Assembly: GCF_034376665.1 (NCBI RefSeq) | Contig: NZ_JAXMJI010000067.1 | Span: 53,048 to 117,047 of the forward strand | Origin: Allopontixanthobacter sp. | GTDB lineage: Bacteria > Pseudomonadota > Alphaproteobacteria > Sphingomonadales > Sphingomonadaceae | Direction of reading: 5' to 3' | DNA: 64,000 nucleotides | The notes under the pieces: model-generated | What the model was told of the DNA's origin: nothing | What the model saw: the letters and a program-made list of their open reading frames with translations, nothing else | Databases searched by the model: none | Shown here: piece by piece, positions 56,782-64,000 of the stretch | How the letters are laid out: the number at the start of each line of letters is the position of its first letter | Numbering within the stretch: position 1 is the stretch's first letter | Translations under genes and position numbers: made by a program

Positions 56782-57483
56782 ATGACAATCAAGACACCCA
56801 ATCTGGCTGCCAGATACAGCCGCGCCGCAAAGCTGGCGGCGATTCCGCTGCTGCTGGCAGGCCTGGCCGCCTGCGCGACGCCGTTCAAGGCGGACGTTTC
56901 ACGCTTCCAGTCGCAGCTTCCGGCCCCGGCGGGACAGACATTTGCCGTGGTGGCGGATGATCCCAAGCTGGCGGGCGGCCTCGAATTCGCGCTCTATGCG
57001 GACGAGGTTGAAGAAGAAATGCGCCGGCTCGGCTACACCGAAGCAGCTCCGGAAAATGCCAGCCTGCTGGTGCGGTTCGATTACGGCGTGGACAACGGAC
57101 GCGAGCGTATTCGTTCGACCGGTGTCGGCCTCTACGATCCGTTCTACGGCCCGTGGTATGGGTATCGTCATCCATTCTATCGCAGCCGGCTCAGTTACGG
57201 GCGGCCGTGGGGCTACGGATATTACGATCCGTTCTTCGATTCCGGGCCGGATATTCGCAGCTATACCGTCTACACCAGCGGCATCGATGTAAAGATCGAC
57301 CGCGCGGCGACCGGCGAGCGGCTGTTCGAAGGGAAGGCAGAAGCCATGTCCACATCCAACCGCCTGCAGTATCTGGTGCCCAATCTGGTCGAGGCGATGT
57401 TCACCGACTTCCCCGGCAATTCGGGCGAGACCGTGCGCATTTCGATCGCTCCGGAAAAGACCACAGTGCGCCGGATCGACTGA
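56782..57483 (+). CDS. Lipoprotein, DUF4136-like
   Basis: Start at ATG 56782. Lipobox LLAGLAAC. 233 aa with a Tyr/Gly/Pro-rich central segment. Confidence 0.7.
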   Translation: MTIKTPNLAARYSRAAKLAAIPLLLAGLAACATPFKADVSRFQSQLPAPAGQTFAVVADDPKLAGGLEFALYADEVEEEMRRLGYTEAAPENASLLVRFDYGVDNGRERIRSTGVGLYDPFYGPWYGYRHPFYRSRLSYGRPWGYGYYDPFFDSGPDIRSYTVYTSGIDVKIDRAATGERLFEGKAEAMSTSNRLQYLVPNLVEAMFTDFPGNSGETVRISIAPEKTTVRRID

Positions 57484-57512
57484 CGCAATACAGGTTTTGC
57501 CAAGCAGAAATG

Positions 57513-57543
57513 GGGCGGGTCCGGCAGCGGGTCCGCCCTTTTT
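57513..57543 (+). terminator. Rho-independent terminator after the lipoprotein gene
   Basis: 10-bp stem GGGCGGGTCC/GGGTCCGCCC (two G:U pairs), loop GGCAGC, then TTTTT. Confidence 0.6.
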
Positions 57544-57547
57544 CGTG

Positions 57548-57883
57548 CTATTTTCGGCGGCGGGCCCTGACCGCGGCAATGCCCACCCCCAACGCCACCG
57601 ATCCTATCAGGAACGATCCCGGGAAGCCCGGCTCGAGCGGATAATTGCCGCCGCGGCTCCACCGGTCGACCAGATCGATGGCAAAATTGCCGAGATGGAT
57701 CGCGGCAACGAGCAGGAGAAAGGTGGAGCCCAGATTGCGCCAGTCGAGGCCCGGCCAGCCCGTCCGACGGGTCACGAAGGCCTGGATACGGGCCGCGACC
57801 CACACCATCACCAGGATCCAGATGGCCAGTGCCACCAGCGCCAGCAGCGCCCCGGCGGGGGACATGGCGCCTGCGCCCAGCAT
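57548..57883 (-). CDS. Small membrane protein (111 aa) translationally coupled to dut
   Basis: ATG 57883 shares TGATG with the dut stop. About three hydrophobic helices. The C-terminus is PLEPGFPGSFLIGSVALGVGIAAVRARRRK. Confidence 0.5.
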   Translation of the reverse strand: MLGAGAMSPAGALLALVALAIWILVMVWVAARIQAFVTRRTGWPGLDWRNLGSTFLLLVAAIHLGNFAIDLVDRWSRGGNYPLEPGFPGSFLIGSVALGVGIAAVRARRRK

Positions 57884-58329
57884 CAGATGCCGGTAGAGCC
57901 GAACCCGCCCTCGCCGCGCGCCGTATCGTCCAGACTTTCCATTTCCACCCACCGCGCCTGGGTGACCGGTGCGAGCACCAGCTGCGCCACGCGGTCCCCG
58001 CGCGCGATTGCAAAGGCTTCGGTCCCGTGATTGATCAGCAGCACTTTCAATTCGCCTCGGTAATCGGAATCGATCGTGCCGGGCGTATTGGGAACGGTAA
58101 TCCCGTGTTTGAAGGCAAGGCCGGAGCGGGGCCGGACCTGGATTTCGAAGCCCTGCGGAATGGCCATCGCAAGGCCCGTGGCCACGGCATGGCGACCCCC
58201 CGGCGGAATCGATACGTCTTCCGCCGAAACCACATCCATGCCCGCCGCGCCGCCGGTTGCGTAGCGCGGCAACGCCAGCCCTTCGCCATGCGGCAGGCGC
58301 TTCAGGCCGACACCGACGGGATCAGCCAT
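57883..58329 (-). CDS. dut: dUTP diphosphatase
   Basis: [25 protein letters not shown] and [10 protein letters not shown] motifs. Start is 58329 (MADPVG) or 58338. It overlaps the coaBC stop. Confidence 0.9.
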   Translation of the reverse strand: MADPVGVGLKRLPHGEGLALPRYATGGAAGMDVVSAEDVSIPPGGRHAVATGLAMAIPQGFEIQVRPRSGLAFKHGITVPNTPGTIDSDYRGELKVLLINHGTEAFAIARGDRVAQLVLAPVTQARWVEMESLDDTARGEGGFGSTGI

Positions 58330-60010
58330 GCGCGTCATCGGACAGAGCTTGCGCAATGCGCTCGACCAACACACGGGCGACGTCCTGCTTGGGCATTTCC
58401 TCCAGCGCTTCCACGCCCTCGCCGGTGACGATATAGACCTGGTTGTTATCGCCGCCCATCACGCCGGTACCGACCGGGCCCGATACGTCGTTGGCGACGA
58501 TCCAGTCGACTCCCTTGCGCTTGCGCTTGGTCTTGGCGTTCTCGACGACATCCTCCGTTTCCGCGGCAAACCCGATCAGCAGGCGCGGTCGCTCGGTGCC
58601 GCCGGCAACCGCCGCAAGAATGTCGGTATTTTCGGTCAGGATCAGCGCGGGCGGCGCAGATCCGCGTTTCTTCATCTTCTGCTGGGCGAAATCCTTGGTC
58701 CGCCAGTCCGAAACCGCCGCCACCATCACTGCGGCATCGGCGGGCAGCAACCGCTTGACCTCGGCCGCCATTTCCTCGGCCGACTGGACGTCGAAACGTT
58801 CGACGCCCGGCGGTGTTTCGAGCGCTACCGGCCCCGCAACCAGCGTCACCCGCGCGCCGGCATTTGCAGCCGCGGCGGCGATGGCGAAGCCTTGCCGGCC
58901 GGACGACCGGTTGGCGATATAGCGGACCGGGTCGATCGGTTCATGGGTCGGTCCCGCGGTGACAAGGACATGCTTGCCGAACAGCGGTCGGTGCTGCGGA
59001 TCGGTGTCGAAATCGGGCTGACCGTAGAGCGGGTCGACCGCAACCGGCATTTCTGTGGGGGCAAGCGGTTCCGGCGAGAAGTCGGCATCGCCAGATTTCA
59101 CCATGTGGTTCATGGCCTGCGGGTCGGTCGGCGGCGCGGAGGACGCCTTGCCCTTGGTCGCCAGCACCGAACCGGCGAAACCAGGCTTGGCTATCGGGGC
59201 GGCCGGCACATTTTCGCCGGTATCTTCGGGCGTATCGGAAACCTCATCAAGGGGCTCCGGCGCGGCGGCCCATACTTCCTCGATTTCGCGGGCCGATCGT
59301 TTGGGCGTGCTTCGGGGGATCAGCGAAGCGAATAGGCCGCCCAGCCCACCGCCGCGCTTTTCGATATCGGGTTCCGGCTCCAATGCCTCGTCCGTTTCGT
59401 CGCCTTCTTCTTCGACCCAGACTTCCGCCTGGGGCGAATAGTCATGCTCCAGCCCGAGCTTTTCGGCGATCTGCGCCCAGATGGCTTCGGGTTCGGGCAT
59501 CCGGCCGGGGCCGAACTCGCCGCAGGCCATTGGGCCGACATCGGGTTCGATCACCGTGACCCCGGCCTGCCGCAGCCACGCGACATTACGCTGGGTCGCT
59601 TCGTGCTGCCACATCCGCACATTCATCGCCGGGACAGCCATGACGGGCTTGTCCGTCGCAAGGATCAGTGTGGTCGCCAGATCGTCGGCAATTCCCGTCG
59701 CCATCTTCGCCAGCAGGTCTGCCGTGGCCGGGCACACGACCACCAGATCCGCCTCCCGGCTAAGCTGGATATGGCCCATCTCGGCCTCGTTCTTCAAATC
59801 CCACAGGGTCGTGTGAACCGGATTCTCGCTCAGCGCTGCGAGCGCCATCGGGGTGACGAATTGCTGGCCGCCCTTGGTCACCACACAGGTCACATCGCCC
59901 GCCACGCCGCCCGCCCCCTTGCGGATCAGCCGGACCAGTTCGCAGGACTTATACGCCGCAATGCCGCCGCCAACCACCAGCAGGATGCGCGGGCCCTTCG
60001 CGGCGCTCAT
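58322..60010 (-). CDS. coaBC: Bifunctional phosphopantothenoylcysteine decarboxylase / phosphopantothenate-cysteine ligase with a long inter-domain insert
   Basis: Start at [21 protein letters not shown] (ATG 60010). CoaC flavoprotein domain, an acidic linker of about 155 aa, then CoaB ([24 protein letters not shown]). Confidence 0.9.
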   Translation of the reverse strand: MSAAKGPRILLVVGGGIAAYKSCELVRLIRKGAGGVAGDVTCVVTKGGQQFVTPMALAALSENPVHTTLWDLKNEAEMGHIQLSREADLVVVCPATADLLAKMATGIADDLATTLILATDKPVMAVPAMNVRMWQHEATQRNVAWLRQAGVTVIEPDVGPMACGEFGPGRMPEPEAIWAQIAEKLGLEHDYSPQAEVWVEEEGDETDEALEPEPDIEKRGGGLGGLFASLIPRSTPKRSAREIEEVWAAAPEPLDEVSDTPEDTGENVPAAPIAKPGFAGSVLATKGKASSAPPTDPQAMNHMVKSGDADFSPEPLAPTEMPVAVDPLYGQPDFDTDPQHRPLFGKHVLVTAGPTHEPIDPVRYIANRSSGRQGFAIAAAAANAGARVTLVAGPVALETPPGVERFDVQSAEEMAAEVKRLLPADAAVMVAAVSDWRTKDFAQQKMKKRGSAPPALILTENTDILAAVAGGTERPRLLIGFAAETEDVVENAKTKRKRKGVDWIVANDVSGPVGTGVMGGDNNQVYIVTGEGVEALEEMPKQDVARVLVERIAQALSDDAHG

Positions 60011-60237
60011 GCGGGCGGTTTCGCTATTGCCGCGATCAGGCGGGCTACCGGCGACATTTCTGGTCTCCCCTGTTCCTGCACGCCGGACATCAGGCGCGGA
60101 TAGATCGGCGTCCACAAGCCCGCTTGCGTTTCAGCACCATACAACCCTGTATGAACGCCCTGCAACGTAGTGGTTAAATTTTACCTAGCGGGCAAGAGGC
60201 ATTGCAGTGTAACCCGCTATCCCAGGGGAGAAATTTC

Positions 60238-60633
60238 ATGCGCCTGATCCTTACCGCGCTGCTGTTCGTCGGCGGCTTGTTTTTCGTAGCTGTGGGGGCA
60301 GGCTTTCTGTTCGATCCCGCGACGTCCGGGGCCGATTTCAGCGTCATTCCCGATGGAATCGTGGGCCACGCCAGCCTGAGGGCCGATTTCACCGCCTTCT
60401 TTGTGGTCGGGGGCGGGTGCATGATCTGGGGCGGGTGGAAGCGCAAGGGCGATCCGCTGCTGGTGTCCGCGGCGTTGTTCGCGATCGCCTTTGTCGGCCG
60501 CGCGGTGAATGTGATCGCCATGGGTACCTATGACGGGTTCTGGCTGCCGATGCTGATCGAAGCCGCGGCAACGATCCTCTGCCTCACCGGCAGCAGGGTG
60601 CTGCCGCACTCCGCCTTTACCGAACTCGACTAA
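60238..60633 (+). CDS. Small four-TM membrane protein of unknown function
   Basis: ATG 60238 with GGGGAG 8 nt upstream. 131 aa with four hydrophobic segments. Confidence 0.6.
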   Translation: MRLILTALLFVGGLFFVAVGAGFLFDPATSGADFSVIPDGIVGHASLRADFTAFFVVGGGCMIWGGWKRKGDPLLVSAALFAIAFVGRAVNVIAMGTYDGFWLPMLIEAAATILCLTGSRVLPHSAFTELD

Positions 60634-60640
60634 GGCGGGC

Positions 60641-62209
60641 TTACCCGATTACGCCGAGTATCACGGCCGCGGCAACTGTCCCTGCGCCAATCAGTCCGGA
60701 CAGCAGGTAGCCGGGCCAGTTGCTGCCCGAATTGCCGCGCAATTTCCGCTTGGGATCGAGGATCAGCTCGATATCAGGCAGCGGCGGCAAGTCAGGCGCG
60801 CCGCCCTTCGGCGGGTATTGCTCTTCCAGCCGGCGGATCAGCGCGGGGATGCGCAGCAGGGTGTCGGTGTCTTCCTTGATCCGGTCGGCAATCGCCGATT
60901 CGGGACCAAGCTCGTCGCGAATCCATGCCCGCACGAAAGGCGCCGACACATCCCACATGTTGATCTGCGGATCGAGCTGGGTCGCGATCCCTTCGACCAT
61001 CACCATCGTTTTCTGCAGCAGCAGCAGATGCGGCTGGGTCTGCATGTCGAAATCGCGGGTAATGGCGAACAGCCCGTCAAGCATCTGGCCGACGCTCAGC
61101 TCGCTCACCGGCTTGCCGCGCATCGGTTCGCCCACCGCCCTCAGCGCGGTCGCAAATTCGCCCACAGAATGGTAACTCGGCACATATTGCGCCTCGAAAT
61201 GAATTTCCGCCACGCGGCGGTAATTGCCGGTTGTCAGCCCGTAGAGTATTTCCGCCAGCCACGCCCGCGCGCGCCGGTCGATCCGGCCCATGATCCCGAA
61301 ATCGATCGCCACGATCGTCCCGTCGGCGCGGACGAACAGATTGCCCTGGTGCATATCGGCATGGAAAAATCCGCCGCTGATCGCCTGGGTGAGGAACGCC
61401 AGCACCAGCCGCCGGGCCAGTTCGGGCAGGTCGTGACCCGCCGCGACCAGGGCTTCGCGGTTGCTGATCTTGATCCCGTCGACCCATTCGATTGTCAGGA
61501 CCTTGCCATTGGTCCGATCCCAATCGATCGCCGGAATCACGTAGCCGGGCACCGCCTTCATGCTTTCCGACAATTCGCTGGCGCTGGCCGCCTCGCGGCG
61601 CAGATCGAGTTCGCTGTTGGTCCAGCGCTGGAAATTGGCGATCGTCAGTCGCGGACGCAGCCGCAGCGCCTCCCCGCCCATCGCCTCGAGATGCGCGGCG
61701 GCCCATTCGTAGGTAGCGATATCGCGGGCAAACTTCTCGCGGATGCCGGGCCGCAGCACCTTGACCGCCACCGGCACGCCGTCTGTCGTGACGGCGCGGT
61801 GCACCTGCGCGATCGAGGCCGAACCGACCGGATCGGGATCGATGCTGGAAAACAGCGTGTCGACCGGGCGTCCGAAACTGGCTTCGATCGCCTGTTTGAT
61901 CTGCTCGAAATCCACCGGCGGCAGATCGTCCTGCAACGATAGCAGGTTCTGCGCCGCTGCCTCGCCCACCAGATCGGGCCGGGTCGCCAGCGATTGTCCC
62001 AGCTTGATCGCCGCCGGGCCGATATCGCGAAAGGCCTCGGCATAGCGGGGCTGCAGCGGCTGCGACGTGCCGAAGCGGGCAATCCGCACCAGCCGTTTGA
62101 CCGGCACCGGCGTGTTGGGATCGCGCTCGATCCCGCGCAGCGCACCGTGCTTCGCCAGCGTCCGGCCCCATTTCAGGAGCCGCCAGATATGCGTTACCGG
62201 CCTCGTCAC
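60641..62209 (-). CDS. ubiB: Ubiquinone biosynthesis regulatory kinase-like protein UbiB (ABC1 family)
   Basis: 522 aa. Segments AIKLGQSLATRPDL, ASIAQVH and HADMHQGNLFV. C-terminal TM helix. Confidence 0.92.
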   Translation of the reverse strand: MTRPVTHIWRLLKWGRTLAKHGALRGIERDPNTPVPVKRLVRIARFGTSQPLQPRYAEAFRDIGPAAIKLGQSLATRPDLVGEAAAQNLLSLQDDLPPVDFEQIKQAIEASFGRPVDTLFSSIDPDPVGSASIAQVHRAVTTDGVPVAVKVLRPGIREKFARDIATYEWAAAHLEAMGGEALRLRPRLTIANFQRWTNSELDLRREAASASELSESMKAVPGYVIPAIDWDRTNGKVLTIEWVDGIKISNREALVAAGHDLPELARRLVLAFLTQAISGGFFHADMHQGNLFVRADGTIVAIDFGIMGRIDRRARAWLAEILYGLTTGNYRRVAEIHFEAQYVPSYHSVGEFATALRAVGEPMRGKPVSELSVGQMLDGLFAITRDFDMQTQPHLLLLQKTMVMVEGIATQLDPQINMWDVSAPFVRAWIRDELGPESAIADRIKEDTDTLLRIPALIRRLEEQYPPKGGAPDLPPLPDIELILDPKRKLRGNSGSNWPGYLLSGLIGAGTVAAAVILGVIG

Positions 62210-62213
62210 GAAA

Positions 62214-62945
62214 TCAAAGTTTCCAGCCTGAATGAATGGCGACAGCGCCGCCCAGGATCGGTTCCACCTTCGTCCGGGTGAAGCCGGCGGCGCGGATCAT
62301 GCCTTCGAATTCCGGCATCCGGGGGAACCGGCGGATCGATTCGGCCAGATAGCGGTAGCTTTCCTCGTCGCCCGCGATCAGTTTGCCCAGCTTGGGCATC
62401 AGGCGGTGGGAATAGAGATCGTAAACATCCTTGAAGCCCGGCCATTGGGTGGTCGAGAATTCCAGGCAAAAGAACCGCCCGCCATGCTTCAGCACCCGGT
62501 GCGCCTCGGCCAGCGCGCGGTCGATATGGGTCACGTTGCGGATCCCGAAGGCGATCGTATAGGCGTCGAACGTGCGGGAGGAAAAGCTCAGCTCCTCGGC
62601 ATTCTGGCGCGACCAGACGAGGCCGTCGATGCCGCGTTTCATCGCGCGTTCGACTCCGACATCGAGCATTTCCTGATTGATGTCGGACACGGTCACATCC
62701 GCGCCGCGCGCCGCCATGCGGAACGCGATGTCGCCGGTGCCCCCGGCCATGTCCAGGATCGCCTCGCCCGGCTGCGGTTTGACCCGCCGCACGAAGCGGT
62801 CCTTCCATAACCGGTGCATTCCGCCCGACATGGCATCGTTCATGATGTCGTATTTGGCAGCCACATTGGAAAAGACTTCGCCCACCAGGGCGGTCTTCTC
62901 GCTCGCATCGACATCCTTGTAGCCGAAAGAAACCTGATCACTCAT
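62214..62945 (-). CDS. ubiE: Ubiquinone/menaquinone C-methyltransferase UbiE
   Basis: 243 aa. Segments YDIMNDAMSGGMHRLWK and SAM motif ILDMAGGTGD. Confidence 0.93.
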   Translation of the reverse strand: MSDQVSFGYKDVDASEKTALVGEVFSNVAAKYDIMNDAMSGGMHRLWKDRFVRRVKPQPGEAILDMAGGTGDIAFRMAARGADVTVSDINQEMLDVGVERAMKRGIDGLVWSRQNAEELSFSSRTFDAYTIAFGIRNVTHIDRALAEAHRVLKHGGRFFCLEFSTTQWPGFKDVYDLYSHRLMPKLGKLIAGDEESYRYLAESIRRFPRMPEFEGMIRAAGFTRTKVEPILGGAVAIHSGWKL

Positions 62946-63014
62946 ACGCGCCGCCTTACGGGCAATTGCCCGCGCCGGAAAGGGTGTTAGAGGGCCTCAT
63001 GCCGGAACTGCGAA

Positions 63015-63830
63015 ATGCCTGAACTTCCCGAAGTGGAAACAACCGTCCGCGGGCTCGCGCGTTTCCTCGAAGGGCAGCGGATCGTGCGGGCGGCAGTGAA
63101 CCGACCGGACATGCGCCGTGCGTTCCCGGTGGACTTGGTCCAGGCGATTACCGGAGCGCGCGTCACCGGTCTTGGCCGTCGCGCGAAATACGGGCTGATC
63201 CACACCGACCGGGCGCGGACCATTGTCTTTCATCTGGGCATGAGCGGGCGCTGGCGGATCGATCCCGACACCCCGGACAGGCACGACCATTTTATTCTTG
63301 AAACCGCCGACCACCGTTTCGCCCTGTGCGATCCGCGCCGTTTCGGATGGGTCGATCTGGTCGATACCGACGCGCTCGATACGTGGCCCGCTTTCGCCAT
63401 CATGGGGCCGGAGCCGCTAGGTGCGGATCTTACGCCGGAGCATCTCCACCGCGCGTTCAGGGGCCGCAAGCAAGCGGTCAAACTGTTGCTGCTCGACCAG
63501 CGAGTCGTGGCCGGACTTGGCAATATCTATGTCTGCGAGGCCCTGTTCCGGGCGGGCATCCGGCCCGACAGGTCTGCGGGCGCGGTGTCCCGTCCGGCGC
63601 TCGCCCGGCTGGTTCCGGCGATTCGCGAAGTGCTGCTCCAGTCGATCGAGGACGGCGGATCGTCGCTGCGCGACTATGCCCGGCCCGACGGCGAACTCGG
63701 CTATTTCGCCACCCGTTTCGAGGTCTACGGGCGCGAGGGAGAGGCCTGCAAGCGGGGCGATGGCGGGACCATCAAGCGGATCGTGCAGGGCGGCCGCAGC
63801 ACCTGGTATTGCCCGAAGTGCCAGAGGTAG
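63015..63830 (+). CDS. mutM: Formamidopyrimidine-DNA glycosylase
   Basis: N-terminus MPELPEVETTVRGL. C-terminal zinc finger with CPKCQR. 271 aa. Confidence 0.93.
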   Translation: MPELPEVETTVRGLARFLEGQRIVRAAVNRPDMRRAFPVDLVQAITGARVTGLGRRAKYGLIHTDRARTIVFHLGMSGRWRIDPDTPDRHDHFILETADHRFALCDPRRFGWVDLVDTDALDTWPAFAIMGPEPLGADLTPEHLHRAFRGRKQAVKLLLLDQRVVAGLGNIYVCEALFRAGIRPDRSAGAVSRPALARLVPAIREVLLQSIEDGGSSLRDYARPDGELGYFATRFEVYGREGEACKRGDGGTIKRIVQGGRSTWYCPKCQR

Positions 63831-64000
63831 GGAGACCTTTTTTCTCTCACGGCCAGTTGGCTGTGCCAACGTCTACGAGGGGCGGGCTAACCGCCCGGCG
63901 CGCGGTCGCGCTTGCGATCCGCTGGCCGCGGACCGTATCGCGCTGTGCCATCCACGACGCGCCCGATCCTGGTCGCGCTAGCCAAAGGCCGACCGGCCGC

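Noticed and set aside
63831-64000. A possible 3' end of a minus-strand gene entering from beyond the window, with open frames ending near 63860-63890.
   Set aside because: Two different frames are open and neither translation resembles anything I recognise. It cannot be supported from about 130 nt.

Overview
This is a high-GC (about 65% in hand-counted samples) chromosomal segment. Gene content and synteny look alphaproteobacterial and Sphingomonadales-like, but that placement is an inference. I could support about 58 protein genes and one tRNA. I saw no rRNA, CRISPR array, transposase or integrase. Start codons were refined by hand from the ORF track using SD motifs and stop/start overlaps, so they are predictions.

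Contents in order:
- 1-13 kb: a complete protocatechuate 4,5-cleavage (lig) cluster. ligK-ligU-ligI is divergent from ligR. A seven-gene translationally coupled operon follows: DUF1932 oxidoreductase, ligJ, a VanA-like Rieske oxygenase, ligA, ligB, ligC and pobA. A TPP enzyme and an MFS transporter lie upstream.
- 13-22 kb: an ATGA-coupled Rieske oxygenase and CrtI-like flavoprotein pair with a divergent TetR regulator, then an APC permease, a TonB-dependent receptor and a TPR-sulfotransferase.
- 22.4 kb: tRNA-Gln(CUG) abutting a STAS-domain gene remnant.
- 22.7-26.4 kb: housekeeping genes ppx, rlmE, a cytochrome c and pheA.
- 26.5-32.8 kb: a six-gene DUF4129-DUF4350-MoxR-DUF58-SpoIIM-like-RDD operon.
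- 32.8-45 kb: asparaginase, GNAT, an orphan DUF2282 (bufferin-type) precursor, zntB, ispG, a flavoprotein, two L,D-transpeptidase-type genes, a DMT transporter and acnA.
- 45-46.3 kb: a repetitive Ser/Thr/Gly-rich protein with a PEP-CTERM-like tail.
- 46.5-49.4 kb: ruvA and ruvB, split by an insert.
- 49.5-64 kb: aroC, smr, mltA, a Tim44-like gene, secB, murJ, trpS, dut, coaBC, ubiB, ubiE and mutM.

The most unusual locus is the low-GC three-gene insert (parD, parE and an unrecognisable 220-aa ORF) inside the ruvA-ruvB operon. It is translationally coupled to ruvB.
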